Positions 1-9,231 of a DNA stretch of 64,000 nucleotides are shown one piece after another. Position numbers and translations under genes: made by a program. Numbering within the stretch: position 1 is the first letter of the stretch; each line of letters starts with the position of its first letter. Below the pieces are notes generated by a model. That model worked only from the letters and a program-made list of their open reading frames with translations, was not told the origin of the DNA and searched no databases. Source of the DNA: Nitrosopumilus sp. (GTDB taxonomy: Archaea; Thermoproteota; Nitrososphaeria; Nitrososphaerales; Nitrosopumilaceae); the NCBI GenBank assembly GCA_965219345.1, contig OZ244732.1, forward strand, positions 1,536,001 to 1,600,000, given 5' to 3'.

Positions 1-332
1 ACAAAAACTGCTTTTGGCGCTTTGCATCCTACATCACATGCTTCTTCTATGTTGGTTTGTTTAGGTGCTTTTCTTTTAGAAAAAAGAATTTCGTGAATTA
101 ATGGTAAGAGTGCAGAGCGTCCACCATATGCATTTTCTCCATCAATAAACCAAAACATTTCAGTTGCTTTAGAATCAAGATGTTCTTTTCTTAGTTTTTC
201 TCCCATTTCTGAATAATGCCCAATCAGAGCAATTTTTCCTCTTGCAAGAAAATTAACTGAATTTGCAAATTTTATACAAAGATGACATGCATTGTCATAA
301 ATTATAATCGGTGCCATTTCCTGTATGTTCAT
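1..332 (-). CDS. DCC1-like thiol-disulfide oxidoreductase (DUF393), runs off the window edge
   Basis: Manual translation MNIQEMAPIIIYDNACHLCIKFAN... contains the DxxCxxC motif typical of DUF393/DCC. Confidence 0.75.
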   Translation of the reverse strand, partial: MNIQEMAPIIIYDNACHLCIKFANSVNFLARGKIALIGHYSEMGEKLRKEHLDSKATEMFWFIDGENAYGGRSALLPLIHEILFSKRKAPKQTNIEEACDVGCKAPKAVF

Positions 333-544
333 TGCTAATTTACAATATGATTATTTGATAATAACTTTTTAGAAACAATCATTGTAAATCCAGTACTATC
401 ATTATGCCCGCATAGAAAACTAACTAAAAATCAGCCAAAATTTCTTTATTTTCTATACATCATCCATATTCTAGTTCCTATCAAAATTCCCACTGCGAGA
501 ACTATCAGTAAAGGAACAATGATTTGACCCTCAGTCATTATACA

Positions 545-721
545 TCATATATCTTTGATGAGTGATTTTATTTTTGCCACAAGCTCAGGAGTTACCTCCA
601 AGTCTTTGTGGTCTATTTTGGCGTGTTCTGCTACTTTTCCCATCAATTCCTCTTCTGTTTCTGCAGTTGCAGACCATCCACAGCCAGATCCTCCATCTGC
701 ACAGGCAATACTTTTTGTCAT
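545..721 (-). CDS. DUF1059 small metal-binding protein (58 aa, not in ORF track)
   Basis: MTKSIACADGGSGCGWSATAETEEELMGKVAEHAKIDH: C..C..AETEEEL...HA..H pattern of DUF1059. Confidence 0.8.
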   Translation of the reverse strand: MTKSIACADGGSGCGWSATAETEEELMGKVAEHAKIDHKDLEVTPELVAKIKSLIKDI

Positions 722-814
722 AAATAAAATCTATTTTACAAGTATTTATCGAATTTACCCAATCTGAATTTCTCAAAAAATAGAATAATAAAGAGAGTCA
801 TATCACTTAATTCA

Positions 815-1285
815 GTGACAGAACCATTTCCAGAAGGATTTCATACAGCTACACCTGGTTTAGTTGTAAGCGATTCCAAAGAAGCAATTGAATTTTATAA
901 AAATGCATTTGGTGCTACTGAAATTTATCGATTTCCAACACCAGATGGAAAAATCATGCATGCAATGATTCAGATTGGTGATTCAAAAGTTATGATGTCT
1001 GATGAATTCCCAGAGATGGGTGCTAAATCACCTAAAACAGTAGGTGGTACTCCAGTGAATATTCATTTGTATGTTGAAGATGCAGACAAGACATTCAATC
1101 AGGCCGTAGAGGCAGGAGCTAAAGTAGATCTACCAATGATGGATGCTTTTTGGGGCGATAGATATGGTAAGATAACTGATCCGTTTGGTCATTCATGGTC
1201 TATAGCAACACCACTGAAGAGTCTGAGTGCAGAAGAGATTCAAAAAGCAGGCAATGAATATTTTGCCAATATGACAAAACAATAA
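815..1285 (+). CDS. VOC/glyoxalase family protein (PhnB-like)
   Basis: AIEFYKNAFGA, HAMIQIGDS, FWGDRYG..DPFGHSW motifs. Confidence 0.9.
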   Translation: MTEPFPEGFHTATPGLVVSDSKEAIEFYKNAFGATEIYRFPTPDGKIMHAMIQIGDSKVMMSDEFPEMGAKSPKTVGGTPVNIHLYVEDADKTFNQAVEAGAKVDLPMMDAFWGDRYGKITDPFGHSWSIATPLKSLSAEEIQKAGNEYFANMTKQ

Positions 1286-1330
1286 CTACTTTTTTTAATT
1301 CTTAAAATAATAGATTACCACACAAAATTT

Positions 1331-1528
1331 GTGGAGGGTTCAGAAATAGCGAAACGTGACCATCAGAGAAATAAATCTGAAATTGTAAAATTAGTGAAAG
1401 AAATGTTTGTTTTAGAAAAATGGGGTGATGAAGAATATAAGAAAAAACTACAAGAATTAGTCATGAAAGATGATGAACTAATTAGAGATGTTATTAAAAA
1501 AATAAAGTTAGAAAAAGGCTTGGAATGA
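1331..1528 (+). CDS. hypothetical protein
   Basis: 65-aa ORF with host-like codon usage in a co-directional run. Confidence 0.55.
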   Translation: MEGSEIAKRDHQRNKSEIVKLVKEMFVLEKWGDEEYKKKLQELVMKDDELIRDVIKKIKLEKGLE

Positions 1529-1531
1529 ATA

Positions 1532-1870
1532 ATGTATGAGGATCTAAAAACAACTATCTCAATAAAGATAAAAAGATTAGATATTTTCCCAAATCATTTT
1601 TTTGGAAGTGCTGAGATAAATGGCAAAGATTACAAAATTAACATTCAAGGTCAGAGTATGTTTAGATCAAAATTAATCAAACTACCAGTAAACTTCAAAG
1701 ATGAAAAGGCATTATTACGTCTAAGCGGAACCAACGATGCTTTTTTTGAAGATATTGTGAGCTACAAAGGCGAATCAGAATGGATAGAAGTAGATTCAGA
1801 TGGTATTTTGTATTATTTAGCAGATCACCAAGATCAAATTAAGACTATAGATATTCTTAGTAGATTCTAA
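1532..1870 (+). CDS. hypothetical protein
   Basis: 112-aa ORF immediately downstream of previous gene. Confidence 0.65.
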   Translation: MYEDLKTTISIKIKRLDIFPNHFFGSAEINGKDYKINIQGQSMFRSKLIKLPVNFKDEKALLRLSGTNDAFFEDIVSYKGESEWIEVDSDGILYYLADHQDQIKTIDILSRF

Positions 1871-1917
1871 AATCCAAAAATAGTTTAGATTAAATTAGTA
1901 AATTAGAAACAAAATTC

Positions 1918-2214
1918 ATGGCAGATAAGATAACAGCACAAGATCTCAAGGCTCGAAAAGATGAATTTGTAATAATTGATGTTAGAGAGGCTGATGAGAT
2001 AGAGAGTGGAAAGATTGAAAGTTCTACTAACATGCCACTAGGTTTGACAATTAGAAACGCAAAGAAAAAGCAGATAGAAGATATGCGAGGAAAGAAAATT
2101 TGCACTTATTGTGGAACTGGTTATCGAGGAAACATTGCAGCAGATGAACTAAACAAAGAGGGATTTGATGCAGTAACTCTAGATGGCGGCTTTGGTTCTT
2201 GGAATCAATCTTGA
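1918..2214 (+). CDS. rhodanese-like domain protein
   Basis: IIDVRE..E, YCGTGYRG active-site loop, LDGGF.SW. Confidence 0.9.
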   Translation: MADKITAQDLKARKDEFVIIDVREADEIESGKIESSTNMPLGLTIRNAKKKQIEDMRGKKICTYCGTGYRGNIAADELNKEGFDAVTLDGGFGSWNQS

Positions 2215-2240
2215 TTTTTTTAATTAGATTCTAAACCCAT

Positions 2241-2321
2241 TTATTTTTCAAAGTGAAGTTCATGACAAATTCTACATGTCTTGTGTTTTGGTATGATAAT
2301 CCATTTATGTTTATGACTCAT
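2241..2321 (-). CDS. putative 26-aa His/Cys micro-protein
   Basis: MSHKHKWIIIPKHKTCRICHELHFEK; HxW...CxxC zinc-ribbon-like. Confidence 0.4.
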   Translation of the reverse strand: MSHKHKWIIIPKHKTCRICHELHFEK

Positions 2322-2457
2322 AGTTTCATTATGTCAAAACAATCCATAAAGAACATGGAAGTTTAGAGACATAAATGATTCCAAAATGGAACATAAACTT
2401 AACTAGATTCTAAACTCTTTTCGTATTCCTAAAATAACCGAATAAGGAAGATAATTT

Positions 2458-2835
2458 GTGAAATTAGCCATTATTGCATTATTATTCTTAATTCCAATCT
2501 CTGCATTTGCACAGGAGTCACAAACTGAAACAATCGAAGAAGACAGTCCAGTGAAATATGTTGTTGGTATTGGGTTAATCTTTATCATAATATTAGCAAT
2601 TATTGCTGGGAGATACAGAAAAAAATTCATAGCCCAATCGATGGCAAACATAGGTTGGACAGAGTCAGAGAAAGAACAAGTAAGAACCAGACAAGATGGA
2701 AAATGTGCAAAGTGCCAAAATCCGCCACCCGCAAAATGGGAATATTATCATATGGATGGTAATCTAACCAACAAGAGTTTAGAAAATTGTGAGGGATTGT
2801 GCCCTAATTGTTATTCCATAAAAACACAAGATTAG
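2458..2835 (+). CDS. membrane-anchored protein with C-terminal HNH-like zinc domain
   Basis: Signal peptide, TM helix, RQDGKCAKC...YHMDGNLTNKSLENCEGLCPNC. Confidence 0.75.
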   Translation: MKLAIIALLFLIPISAFAQESQTETIEEDSPVKYVVGIGLIFIIILAIIAGRYRKKFIAQSMANIGWTESEKEQVRTRQDGKCAKCQNPPPAKWEYYHMDGNLTNKSLENCEGLCPNCYSIKTQD

Positions 2836-2923
2836 ATTCCAATTTTGTTTTCAATCTTAATTGCTGTAATGTCTACAAGTTACAGGATCATTAATAAATC
2901 ATATGTTAACATAATACTATGCT

Positions 2924-3244
2924 ATGAGACGACTTAGTGATATCAAACATGAAAAAAATGAAATGGGGCAAATGAAATTATTATTAAACAAAATTAATGA
3001 AGACCTAAAAACAAATCAAGGTATTAGTGAAGAGATTTTTGATTCATTTAGTGAAAAATTAACAAACCCCATAGTGGGAATCAAGGCATATACTGATATG
3101 ATTTTGAATGGAAATTTTGGAGAATTAACACCGCTTCAACAAGAAAAGTTATCACGAGTAAAAGAAAACACTGAATTATTGATTGAAGTAGTAATGCAGA
3201 TGTTAGATAAAATCAAAGAAAGAAGAATTTTAACCTCTCAATAA
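2924..3244 (+). CDS. stand-alone HisKA-like dimerisation domain protein lacking the phospho-His
   Basis: SEKLTNPIVGIKAYTDMILNGNFGELTPLQ resembles SHELKTPL..IKGY. Confidence 0.65.
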   Translation: MRRLSDIKHEKNEMGQMKLLLNKINEDLKTNQGISEEIFDSFSEKLTNPIVGIKAYTDMILNGNFGELTPLQQEKLSRVKENTELLIEVVMQMLDKIKERRILTSQ

Positions 3245-3253
3245 TAACTCAAA

Positions 3254-3955
3254 CTAACAAAAGTTCTGTGTCACATGAATTGTAAATGTATCTATTGAAA
3301 CTCCAATTCCTTCTTTACTAAAATTTGAGGTTAGGATATTTTTTTTGTGTCCGGGAGAGTCCATCCAACCTGAAACAGCTAGTTCAGCAATTGATTCTGG
3401 AGTGGACATGATTGATACTGAAGAACCTCTTACCATGTGGATGTTCTCACCAATTCCAGAGTAAATGAGATTACCAATCTGATATTGACATGTATAATCA
3501 GCTTCATTTGCTCTGTCTGTTGGATCCAATCCATCTGGTGTCTCATGAGCAAAATATTCATCGTTTGCCATGTCTATACTGTGCAATTTTGCAACAGAAG
3601 CTAATTCTTTATCATATTCTAAGGTCTTTAGACCATACTTTTCTCTTTCTAGATTAATTAATCGGTGAACTTCCATCTCAGCTAGTTCTTCTTTTGTCAT
3701 ATTGACCGTATCATAAGATTTTGTTGTATTGTCTGAAATTTGACTCAAGGAAAAAGTTCCTTTTTCAACAGTTTCAGTAATTGGAGTAATATCTTTCTTA
3801 ATTGCATCAAGTACAGAAAATGCTGAATCACTATTTATCGCACTAAAAAGAAACATACCGCCAGCTCCAACATTATCAATAAATGAACTAGGTCCGGCAC
3901 CAATAACTGCTAATCCTATAACAACAATGAGAAAAAAAATGATCAGAGTTTTCAT
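3254..3955 (-). CDS. CAP/SCP domain secreted protein
   Basis: INLEREKYGL..L, HSIDMA..YFAH, GENI, WMDSPGHKKNIL. Confidence 0.9.
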   Translation of the reverse strand: MKTLIIFFLIVVIGLAVIGAGPSSFIDNVGAGGMFLFSAINSDSAFSVLDAIKKDITPITETVEKGTFSLSQISDNTTKSYDTVNMTKEELAEMEVHRLINLEREKYGLKTLEYDKELASVAKLHSIDMANDEYFAHETPDGLDPTDRANEADYTCQYQIGNLIYSGIGENIHMVRGSSVSIMSTPESIAELAVSGWMDSPGHKKNILTSNFSKEGIGVSIDTFTIHVTQNFC

Positions 3956-4274
3956 TTTCCTAAATAATTATTATTCATTTGAAAGATATACAAAACTAAG
4001 AATTTCTACGTAATCTTTTAATGCCTGGAATCAAAATTATCGCAAAAAATAGATCTTAGGTATTACTCATAGTATTAGAAAACTAGGTAAAATTAACCAA
4101 AAAGTGATTCATTATAGCCAAACCCCTAAAATAATTGAACAACAAACAAAATTATGGGATTTCTCAAAAGTCTAAGTAAATACTGTATTCTAAAAAAGGT
4201 CAGAGACAAGGCAGATGACACTGAAGAAAAGTCAGACTCGTCATAATCCTTTCAAGATAGTTTGGAGTTATGGA

Positions 4275-4361
4275 ATGAGAGAACATAGTTGGGTATTGGA
4301 TGTTTTGATAGGATTGGTATTAGGTTCTATACTTGTTTGGGCATTGACTCAGTTGGTATGA
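4275..4361 (+). CDS. putative 28-aa single-TM micro-protein
   Basis: MREHSWVLDVLIGLVLGSILVWALTQLV. Confidence 0.45.
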   Translation: MREHSWVLDVLIGLVLGSILVWALTQLV

Positions 4362-4540
4362 TGATTTAGAAATGGCTTTAGAATCATGACTTTGTAGGTA
4401 TTAATTTGTGCTCAATTTTTGGATAACTAGTTGTAACTCTCAAATGTTACATACAGAAGCATAAAACCAAATAGTGAATTATGAAATATTGATGAGAGCA
4501 ATTTCTGAGTGTCTAGAAGTACGTAAAAACCCCCAAAGTA

Positions 4541-4894
4541 TTGGAGGAGTTAAAATGTGAAAAATGTAATGGTGAAGCCAGAGTTAATTCTTACGACGAA
4601 TTATGGTGTAAAAATTGTGCTATGCTAGTTAATGCATGTAACTGCCCTTTAACAAAACCACAACAAAACAATGTCTCAACTGATTTGGATAATATACAAC
4701 AATTACAAGTAGAATTAAATGGAAATATTCCTGCTTTAAATGAATTAAAACAATTACAACTTCTTTTTGAATATTATAATAAAAGAAACAAAGAAAAAAC
4801 ACTTCAATTAAAAGAAGCCTATAAAGAACTTGAAGAACAAACACAACACATTAAGTATTTAGAGAATCTTTTGAATAAATCTAAACTCACTTGA
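4541..4894 (+). CDS. zinc-ribbon plus coiled-coil hypothetical protein
   Basis: CEKC...CKNC..CNC followed by heptad-rich tail. Confidence 0.55.
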   Translation: MEELKCEKCNGEARVNSYDELWCKNCAMLVNACNCPLTKPQQNNVSTDLDNIQQLQVELNGNIPALNELKQLQLLFEYYNKRNKEKTLQLKEAYKELEEQTQHIKYLENLLNKSKLT

Positions 4895-4932
4895 CAAGTC
4901 AAACTTAGATTCTGAACCCTTTTTTACAATAA

Positions 4933-5130
4933 CTATCTCCGAGAGCACCTACATTCCACATAAACTATTTTGAATTCTCCATCTGCTTTGATATTATGTG
5001 ATAATGGCCTACGACATTGCTGACATTCTACAAATCCATGATATTCTTCAACTTTGATCAATTTATGATCCCATGATTTTTTCTCTTCATTCCAAAATAC
5101 AGAATTGATTTCAGTTGGATTATCTGTCAT
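4933..5130 (-). CDS. small zinc-binding hypothetical protein
   Basis: CQQC...ECRC. Confidence 0.7.
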   Translation of the reverse strand: MTDNPTEINSVFWNEEKKSWDHKLIKVEEYHGFVECQQCRRPLSHNIKADGEFKIVYVECRCSRR

Positions 5131-5374
5131 ACATTATCTGGCACTAATCTAAGAATTAAGTTCGTGCTTCATAATTCGGCAAACTCATCACGATTAAGAG
5201 GAATCAGAGAGAACACCTTGATATAATCATCAGCATACCTACTGGAATTTTTAAATTATAAAATGCTTTGATCGCACTTGATCTAGGAATAAAATAACAA
5301 AAATTTCTTTAGCAAAGTGTAATTATTTTTTATCCTAATTTTTTATCTCAAATACAATTTTACTCCATTTATTG

Positions 5375-5474
5375 AGTCAGGAATATCTCGCGGTATTAGC
5401 TGGGGGCCCAAAAGCTCACATAAACTAGTTAATGCATGACAAGGTCTCCAAAATAAAGGAGACTGACTTTTTTT
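5375..5474 (+). ncRNA. candidate structured small RNA
   Basis: Closing stem AGTCA/TGACT, 11-bp stem 5393-5403/5425-5435 with G-U pairs, hairpin GTCTCC/GGAGAC, T-tract at 3' end, TTTTAT about 30 nt upstream. Confidence 0.45.
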
Positions 5475-5558
5475 CAGATTAAATTAAACACAATAAATTT
5501 TCCAAAAATTAACCATGCAATGGTATAATTATGGCAATCGTCCATTGATCATTATAAT

Positions 5559-6419
5559 ATGTCCAGATACGAAAATCCAAAAATCAATGTGAATGTGGGC
5601 GCCGCTAAAGGCGTTATGATTGGAATTGTCGTACTAATAATTATTGGAGTAGTAGTAGCTTCTGCAGTACAAATTGTAGATGCAGGACATAGAGGCGTCT
5701 TACTTCATTGGAATGCAGTTGATATTCAAGCTCAACCACTTAATGAAGGGCTTCATTTTGTAATGCCATTTGCAGACTCTGTTGTGAATATGGAAGTCAG
5801 GACACTAAAGTATGTGAAATCAACATCTTCAGCTTCTAAAGATCTTCAGACAGTATCCACTGCAATTACAGTAAACTATCACCCATCACCTGATTCAGTT
5901 AATTTCCTCTTTAAAGAGGTCGGCCTTGACTATGAGAACAGAATCATTCAACCAACAATAGAAGAAGTTGTAAAACAAATTACTGCAAATTATAATGCAG
6001 AAGAACTTATCACAAAAAGACCTCTGGTAAAATCTGATATTGAATCAGAGATTAGTTCTCGTTTAGGTGCATTCAATATTGTTACTGAAGTTGTCTCTAT
6101 TACAGACTTTCAATTTTCAGCACTATTTGCACGAGCAATTGAAGATAAAGTAGAGGCAGAACAAAAAGCACTAAAGGCAGAAAATGACCTTAAAAGAATT
6201 GAGGTAGAGGCAAGACAACATGAAGCCGAGGCCGTTGGTATTGCTGCCGCAAACATTGCACAAGCTAATGGTGAAGCAGAAGCAATTAGAATCATCAATG
6301 AAGCATTATCAAACAACCCACACTATTTGGAATGGCTAAAGACACAAGCATGGAATGGAGTATTACCATTGGTAGTTGGTGAAGGCGGAACACCATTCAT
6401 TGCAATACCAACTGAATAA
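5559..6419 (+). CDS. prohibitin / SPFH (band 7) family protein
   Basis: VDAGHRGV, EGLHF..PF, SKDLQTV, YNAEELITKR, AIEDK.EAEQ. Confidence 0.95.
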   Translation: MSRYENPKINVNVGAAKGVMIGIVVLIIIGVVVASAVQIVDAGHRGVLLHWNAVDIQAQPLNEGLHFVMPFADSVVNMEVRTLKYVKSTSSASKDLQTVSTAITVNYHPSPDSVNFLFKEVGLDYENRIIQPTIEEVVKQITANYNAEELITKRPLVKSDIESEISSRLGAFNIVTEVVSITDFQFSALFARAIEDKVEAEQKALKAENDLKRIEVEARQHEAEAVGIAAANIAQANGEAEAIRIINEALSNNPHYLEWLKTQAWNGVLPLVVGEGGTPFIAIPTE

Positions 6420-6427
6420 TTTTTAGT

Positions 6428-6733
6428 TTAATCTTTTTTCTCAGTATCTGATTTGTCTCTTATCGAATCATACATTGCAAGGAACTGATCAGGTTCATGT
6501 TGTCTGTAACGTTTTTGGAGCTGCATAATCTCTTTATCTGAAATTTTCTCTCCCTTGAATTCGTGGTATTCTTTGATGATTTGAAATTGAGTTTTTTTAA
6601 TCTTGTATTCTTTTAGAGTAGCGTTAACTGTTCTATTGCACATAAAATCATTAATTACAAAACGATATACCAAATAGCCAGCAATTCCAATAACAGCAAC
6701 TATTACTATGGGAATAATGATAAAGAATACCAT
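6428..6733 (-). CDS. membrane-anchored hypothetical protein
   Basis: N-terminal TM helix, 101 aa. Confidence 0.75.
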   Translation of the reverse strand: MVFFIIIPIVIVAVIGIAGYLVYRFVINDFMCNRTVNATLKEYKIKKTQFQIIKEYHEFKGEKISDKEIMQLQKRYRQHEPDQFLAMYDSIRDKSDTEKKD

Positions 6734-6875
6734 AATTTTTTACTAATTTACTTAGTATTTCATTGTATATATTCCCAAAAACTTGATTTTGTTAAACAAA
6801 TCACGCATGACAAAATTAGACTCATCTAATTAGTTTGCTCTAATTTTCAAACCGTTTAAATGAATAATTTACAAT

Positions 6876-7058
6876 ATGACAAATATGAAACAAGACTCAT
6901 GTAGAACATGTGGAATAGAATTAAAAGTAAAGAAAACATGTAATGTTTGTACTCAAGCAAATCAATTCTTTTGCCACAACTGTGGATATGAGACTGAAGA
7001 ACAAATTCACTCTCAATGTATGTTGATAAGCTGTAATCATGCCTTGCTAAGTGCATAG
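6876..7058 (+). CDS. small multi-CxxC zinc-finger protein
   Basis: CRTCG...CNVC...CHNC...IHSQC. Confidence 0.75.
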   Translation: MTNMKQDSCRTCGIELKVKKTCNVCTQANQFFCHNCGYETEEQIHSQCMLISCNHALLSA

Positions 7059-7120
7059 TTAATCATTCTAAATTATTGATGATTTGAAAATTTTATAACT
7101 AGTTTTTTAGGAATCACCCC

Positions 7121-7354
7121 ATGACTGATAAAACTGATATTTCTGAACAAGATCTATTTGTGACGGAATTTCCAAAAAAGGGCTATGGCATTGTAGATTA
7201 TCTTCAAGGAAGAGTACATTTTGCTTTGCTTGATCAAATGAAACTAATGACAAAATCTGGAATGACACAATCACAAATCAAAGAAACAATCATTGCTAAT
7301 GTGACTGAAATAATAGATAACTTTGAACCAGAAAAAGGATCAAAAAGTCTTTGA
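7121..7354 (+). CDS. hypothetical protein
   Basis: 77-aa ORF with TTTTATAA upstream. Confidence 0.6.
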   Translation: MTDKTDISEQDLFVTEFPKKGYGIVDYLQGRVHFALLDQMKLMTKSGMTQSQIKETIIANVTEIIDNFEPEKGSKSL

Positions 7355-7465
7355 ATCCATCATTCCTGATTCCGCCATAATGATTTTGTGGCATTTACAA
7401 TAACAGTTAGTATGCGGCATATCGTTATTGTTTCTATACTTGCATTCTTTTGTGTGGTCTATCAT
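7340..7465 (-). CDS. putative 41-aa Cys/His micro-protein
   Basis: MIDHTKECKYRNNNDMPHTNCYCKCHK... Confidence 0.45.
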   Translation of the reverse strand: MIDHTKECKYRNNNDMPHTNCYCKCHKIIMAESGMMDSKTF

Positions 7466-7490
7466 TGACAATTTTTAGACCGATGTTATG

Positions 7491-7901
7491 TTACGCTAAA
7501 GTTGGGTCGCCGCTCAATATGTTTAGTACATGTTCAACAATTTGTTTTTGACCTCCTGCATGAAGATCAGTTCGTACTTGATCAGAACCCAAACTAACAA
7601 AAATTAGATTATCTTCTCCTAGAGGAAAAGTCATTCTTGTAATTTTTTCAAATGCTGCTATTGCGTATAATCCCTTTCCAATTTTTGGACTCAATTCATT
7701 TCTTCCTTTCCATGCAACTGCAGCTCTTTTGAGCGATGCTTCGGTCTCTTCTTTAGATAGATAGTTTGTAACTCCAGGACGATGGTGTATAGCAAGTATT
7801 TTTCCTTCATTATCCGAAATTATACTATGTCTGATGTTAGGGTCAGAGTTCATTATCCTCATTAAGAGATTCATAAAATCCATCCTTTTTTCTAGGATCA
7901 A
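7491..7901 (-). CDS. roadblock/profilin-like thaumarchaeal protein (DUF6659-like)
   Basis: DPNIRHSII.D.EGKI...RPGV...LSPKIGKGLY.IA.FEKI.RMTFPL. Confidence 0.7.
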   Translation of the reverse strand: MILEKRMDFMNLLMRIMNSDPNIRHSIISDNEGKILAIHHRPGVTNYLSKEETEASLKRAAVAWKGRNELSPKIGKGLYAIAAFEKITRMTFPLGEDNLIFVSLGSDQVRTDLHAGGQKQIVEHVLNILSGDPTLA

Positions 7902-7924
7902 ATATTACTTAAGGGATCTCCAGA

Positions 7925-8404
7925 TTAACTGCCTTGAGAATTTGCAGTTTTTTCATAAAAAAATTCCTGTTTTTTTAATTTTTTTTCAGAAATAATCCTA
8001 CATTTTCTCATGGGAACCAAACTGGAAATTTCTTCATACGTACTCATATCTATGATATCTTTAGCATAAGCAATTTGCAATAGAGGTGGCCTTTCCTCAA
8101 TCATTGGTTTTACTTGCTCATATCCACTGCTTTGTCTCATCCCTGTTCTAAATAATCCAATATGCTTGTCACTCTTTGATATTTGGGGATCTTGATAACA
8201 ACAAATTGCATACTCGTCATCCTTTTTTTCAATAACTGTTAATCTTGTGAATTTTTCACTCCAATTTTCTATTTCTTTAGCAAGAGAAATGGCCTCTTCT
8301 TTGTCTTCAAATACCGTTGAAACTACAAATCTCTCTTTTTCATATGCCCATAAGATTCCAAAATTCCCATGCCAATCAATTTCAAAGGACATGTATTTTA
8401 TCAA
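7925..8404 (-). CDS. hypothetical protein
   Basis: 159-aa ORF. Confidence 0.7.
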   Translation of the reverse strand: MIKYMSFEIDWHGNFGILWAYEKERFVVSTVFEDKEEAISLAKEIENWSEKFTRLTVIEKKDDEYAICCYQDPQISKSDKHIGLFRTGMRQSSGYEQVKPMIEERPPLLQIAYAKDIIDMSTYEEISSLVPMRKCRIISEKKLKKQEFFYEKTANSQGS

Positions 8405-8543
8405 GAAATTATCAAATTAATGCTTTCGAATTTTGAGATCATTAAAGATAGAAATCCTAAAAAATAGTTTTATTTTTTCATTCCAATTAAACAAACGTTT
8501 GAACAATACAATAATTTCTTTTATAGTTCGAGCCTAACATAGT

Positions 8544-8618
8544 ATTGACGACTTCGTTTAGTGGTCTAGGCATGCTATAAACGACCACTATTCCAAGACG
8601 TCGTTAATCTATTTTTTT
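8544..8618 (+). ncRNA. candidate hairpin small RNA (or 3' structure of the convergent ORF)
   Basis: ATTGACGAC/GTCGTTAAT and TAGTGGTC/GACCACTA stems, TTTATA about 25 nt upstream, T7 tract downstream. Confidence 0.4.
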
Positions 8619-8752
8619 AACAATGCTTCTGCTGGTGACTTGTCTTTGTTTGATTCCCAATGCCAATTATGATGTTTCTTCCAATGTTCATCTAATTCAT
8701 CTGTAGTCGGTTCTTTTCCAAGTGGAGATCCACATAATTTACATTGTTTCAT
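8609..8752 (-). CDS. 47-aa C2H2-like zinc-finger micro-protein
   Basis: MKQCKLCGSPLGKEPTTDELDEHWKKHHNWHW... Confidence 0.7.
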   Translation of the reverse strand: MKQCKLCGSPLGKEPTTDELDEHWKKHHNWHWESNKDKSPAEALLKK

Positions 8753-8823
8753 TTTTTGAATCCTTTAATTTTTTCTTTTTTGATTTAATTGTGGGATGAC
8801 ATCGTACAGGTAAATTTTCATCA

Positions 8824-9198
8824 TTATCCATTTACTTGAATTAAAAGTTGTACAAAATTAAGAGTTTTGTTATTTTCTCTTTTTCTTAAACGAAGTGAAT
8901 TTCTCTCTTTTCTTTTTCATTTCTAAACCTCTAATCTGATATGTCTTTCCAGTTTCACAGAGTTTCATTTCTCCAGTGATTTCGTCATGTATGGATTCTA
9001 GTAAGTCATTAGATAATAACTCTCCAACAATCTCTCCCCCGCTCTACTTTCTGAAATCTCAAATTTATATGGAATTGTTGAAACTTTGCTGAAATAATCA
9101 TTTTGTGAATTTCTCAAAATAAACTGTTCAATTTTTTGCTCTCTAGTTAAGGAAGGCTCTTTTCTTTTGAATTTCCTAAATGGTCTTCTTTCTGACAA
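8824..9198 (-). pseudogene. frameshifted hypothetical (winged-helix-like) protein
   Basis: Reading frame continues as IVGELLSNDLLESIHDEITGEMKLCETGK... after a shift at GGGGGAGAGA (~9031-9040). Confidence 0.6.
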
Positions 9199-9231
9199 TA
9201 TTTTTTTTAATATTTTCTAATATTTTAGCTA

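Noticed and set aside
555-776. ORF-track ORFs 555-767(+) and 585-776(-)
   Set aside because: The real gene is the DUF1059 ORF at 545-721(-) in another frame.
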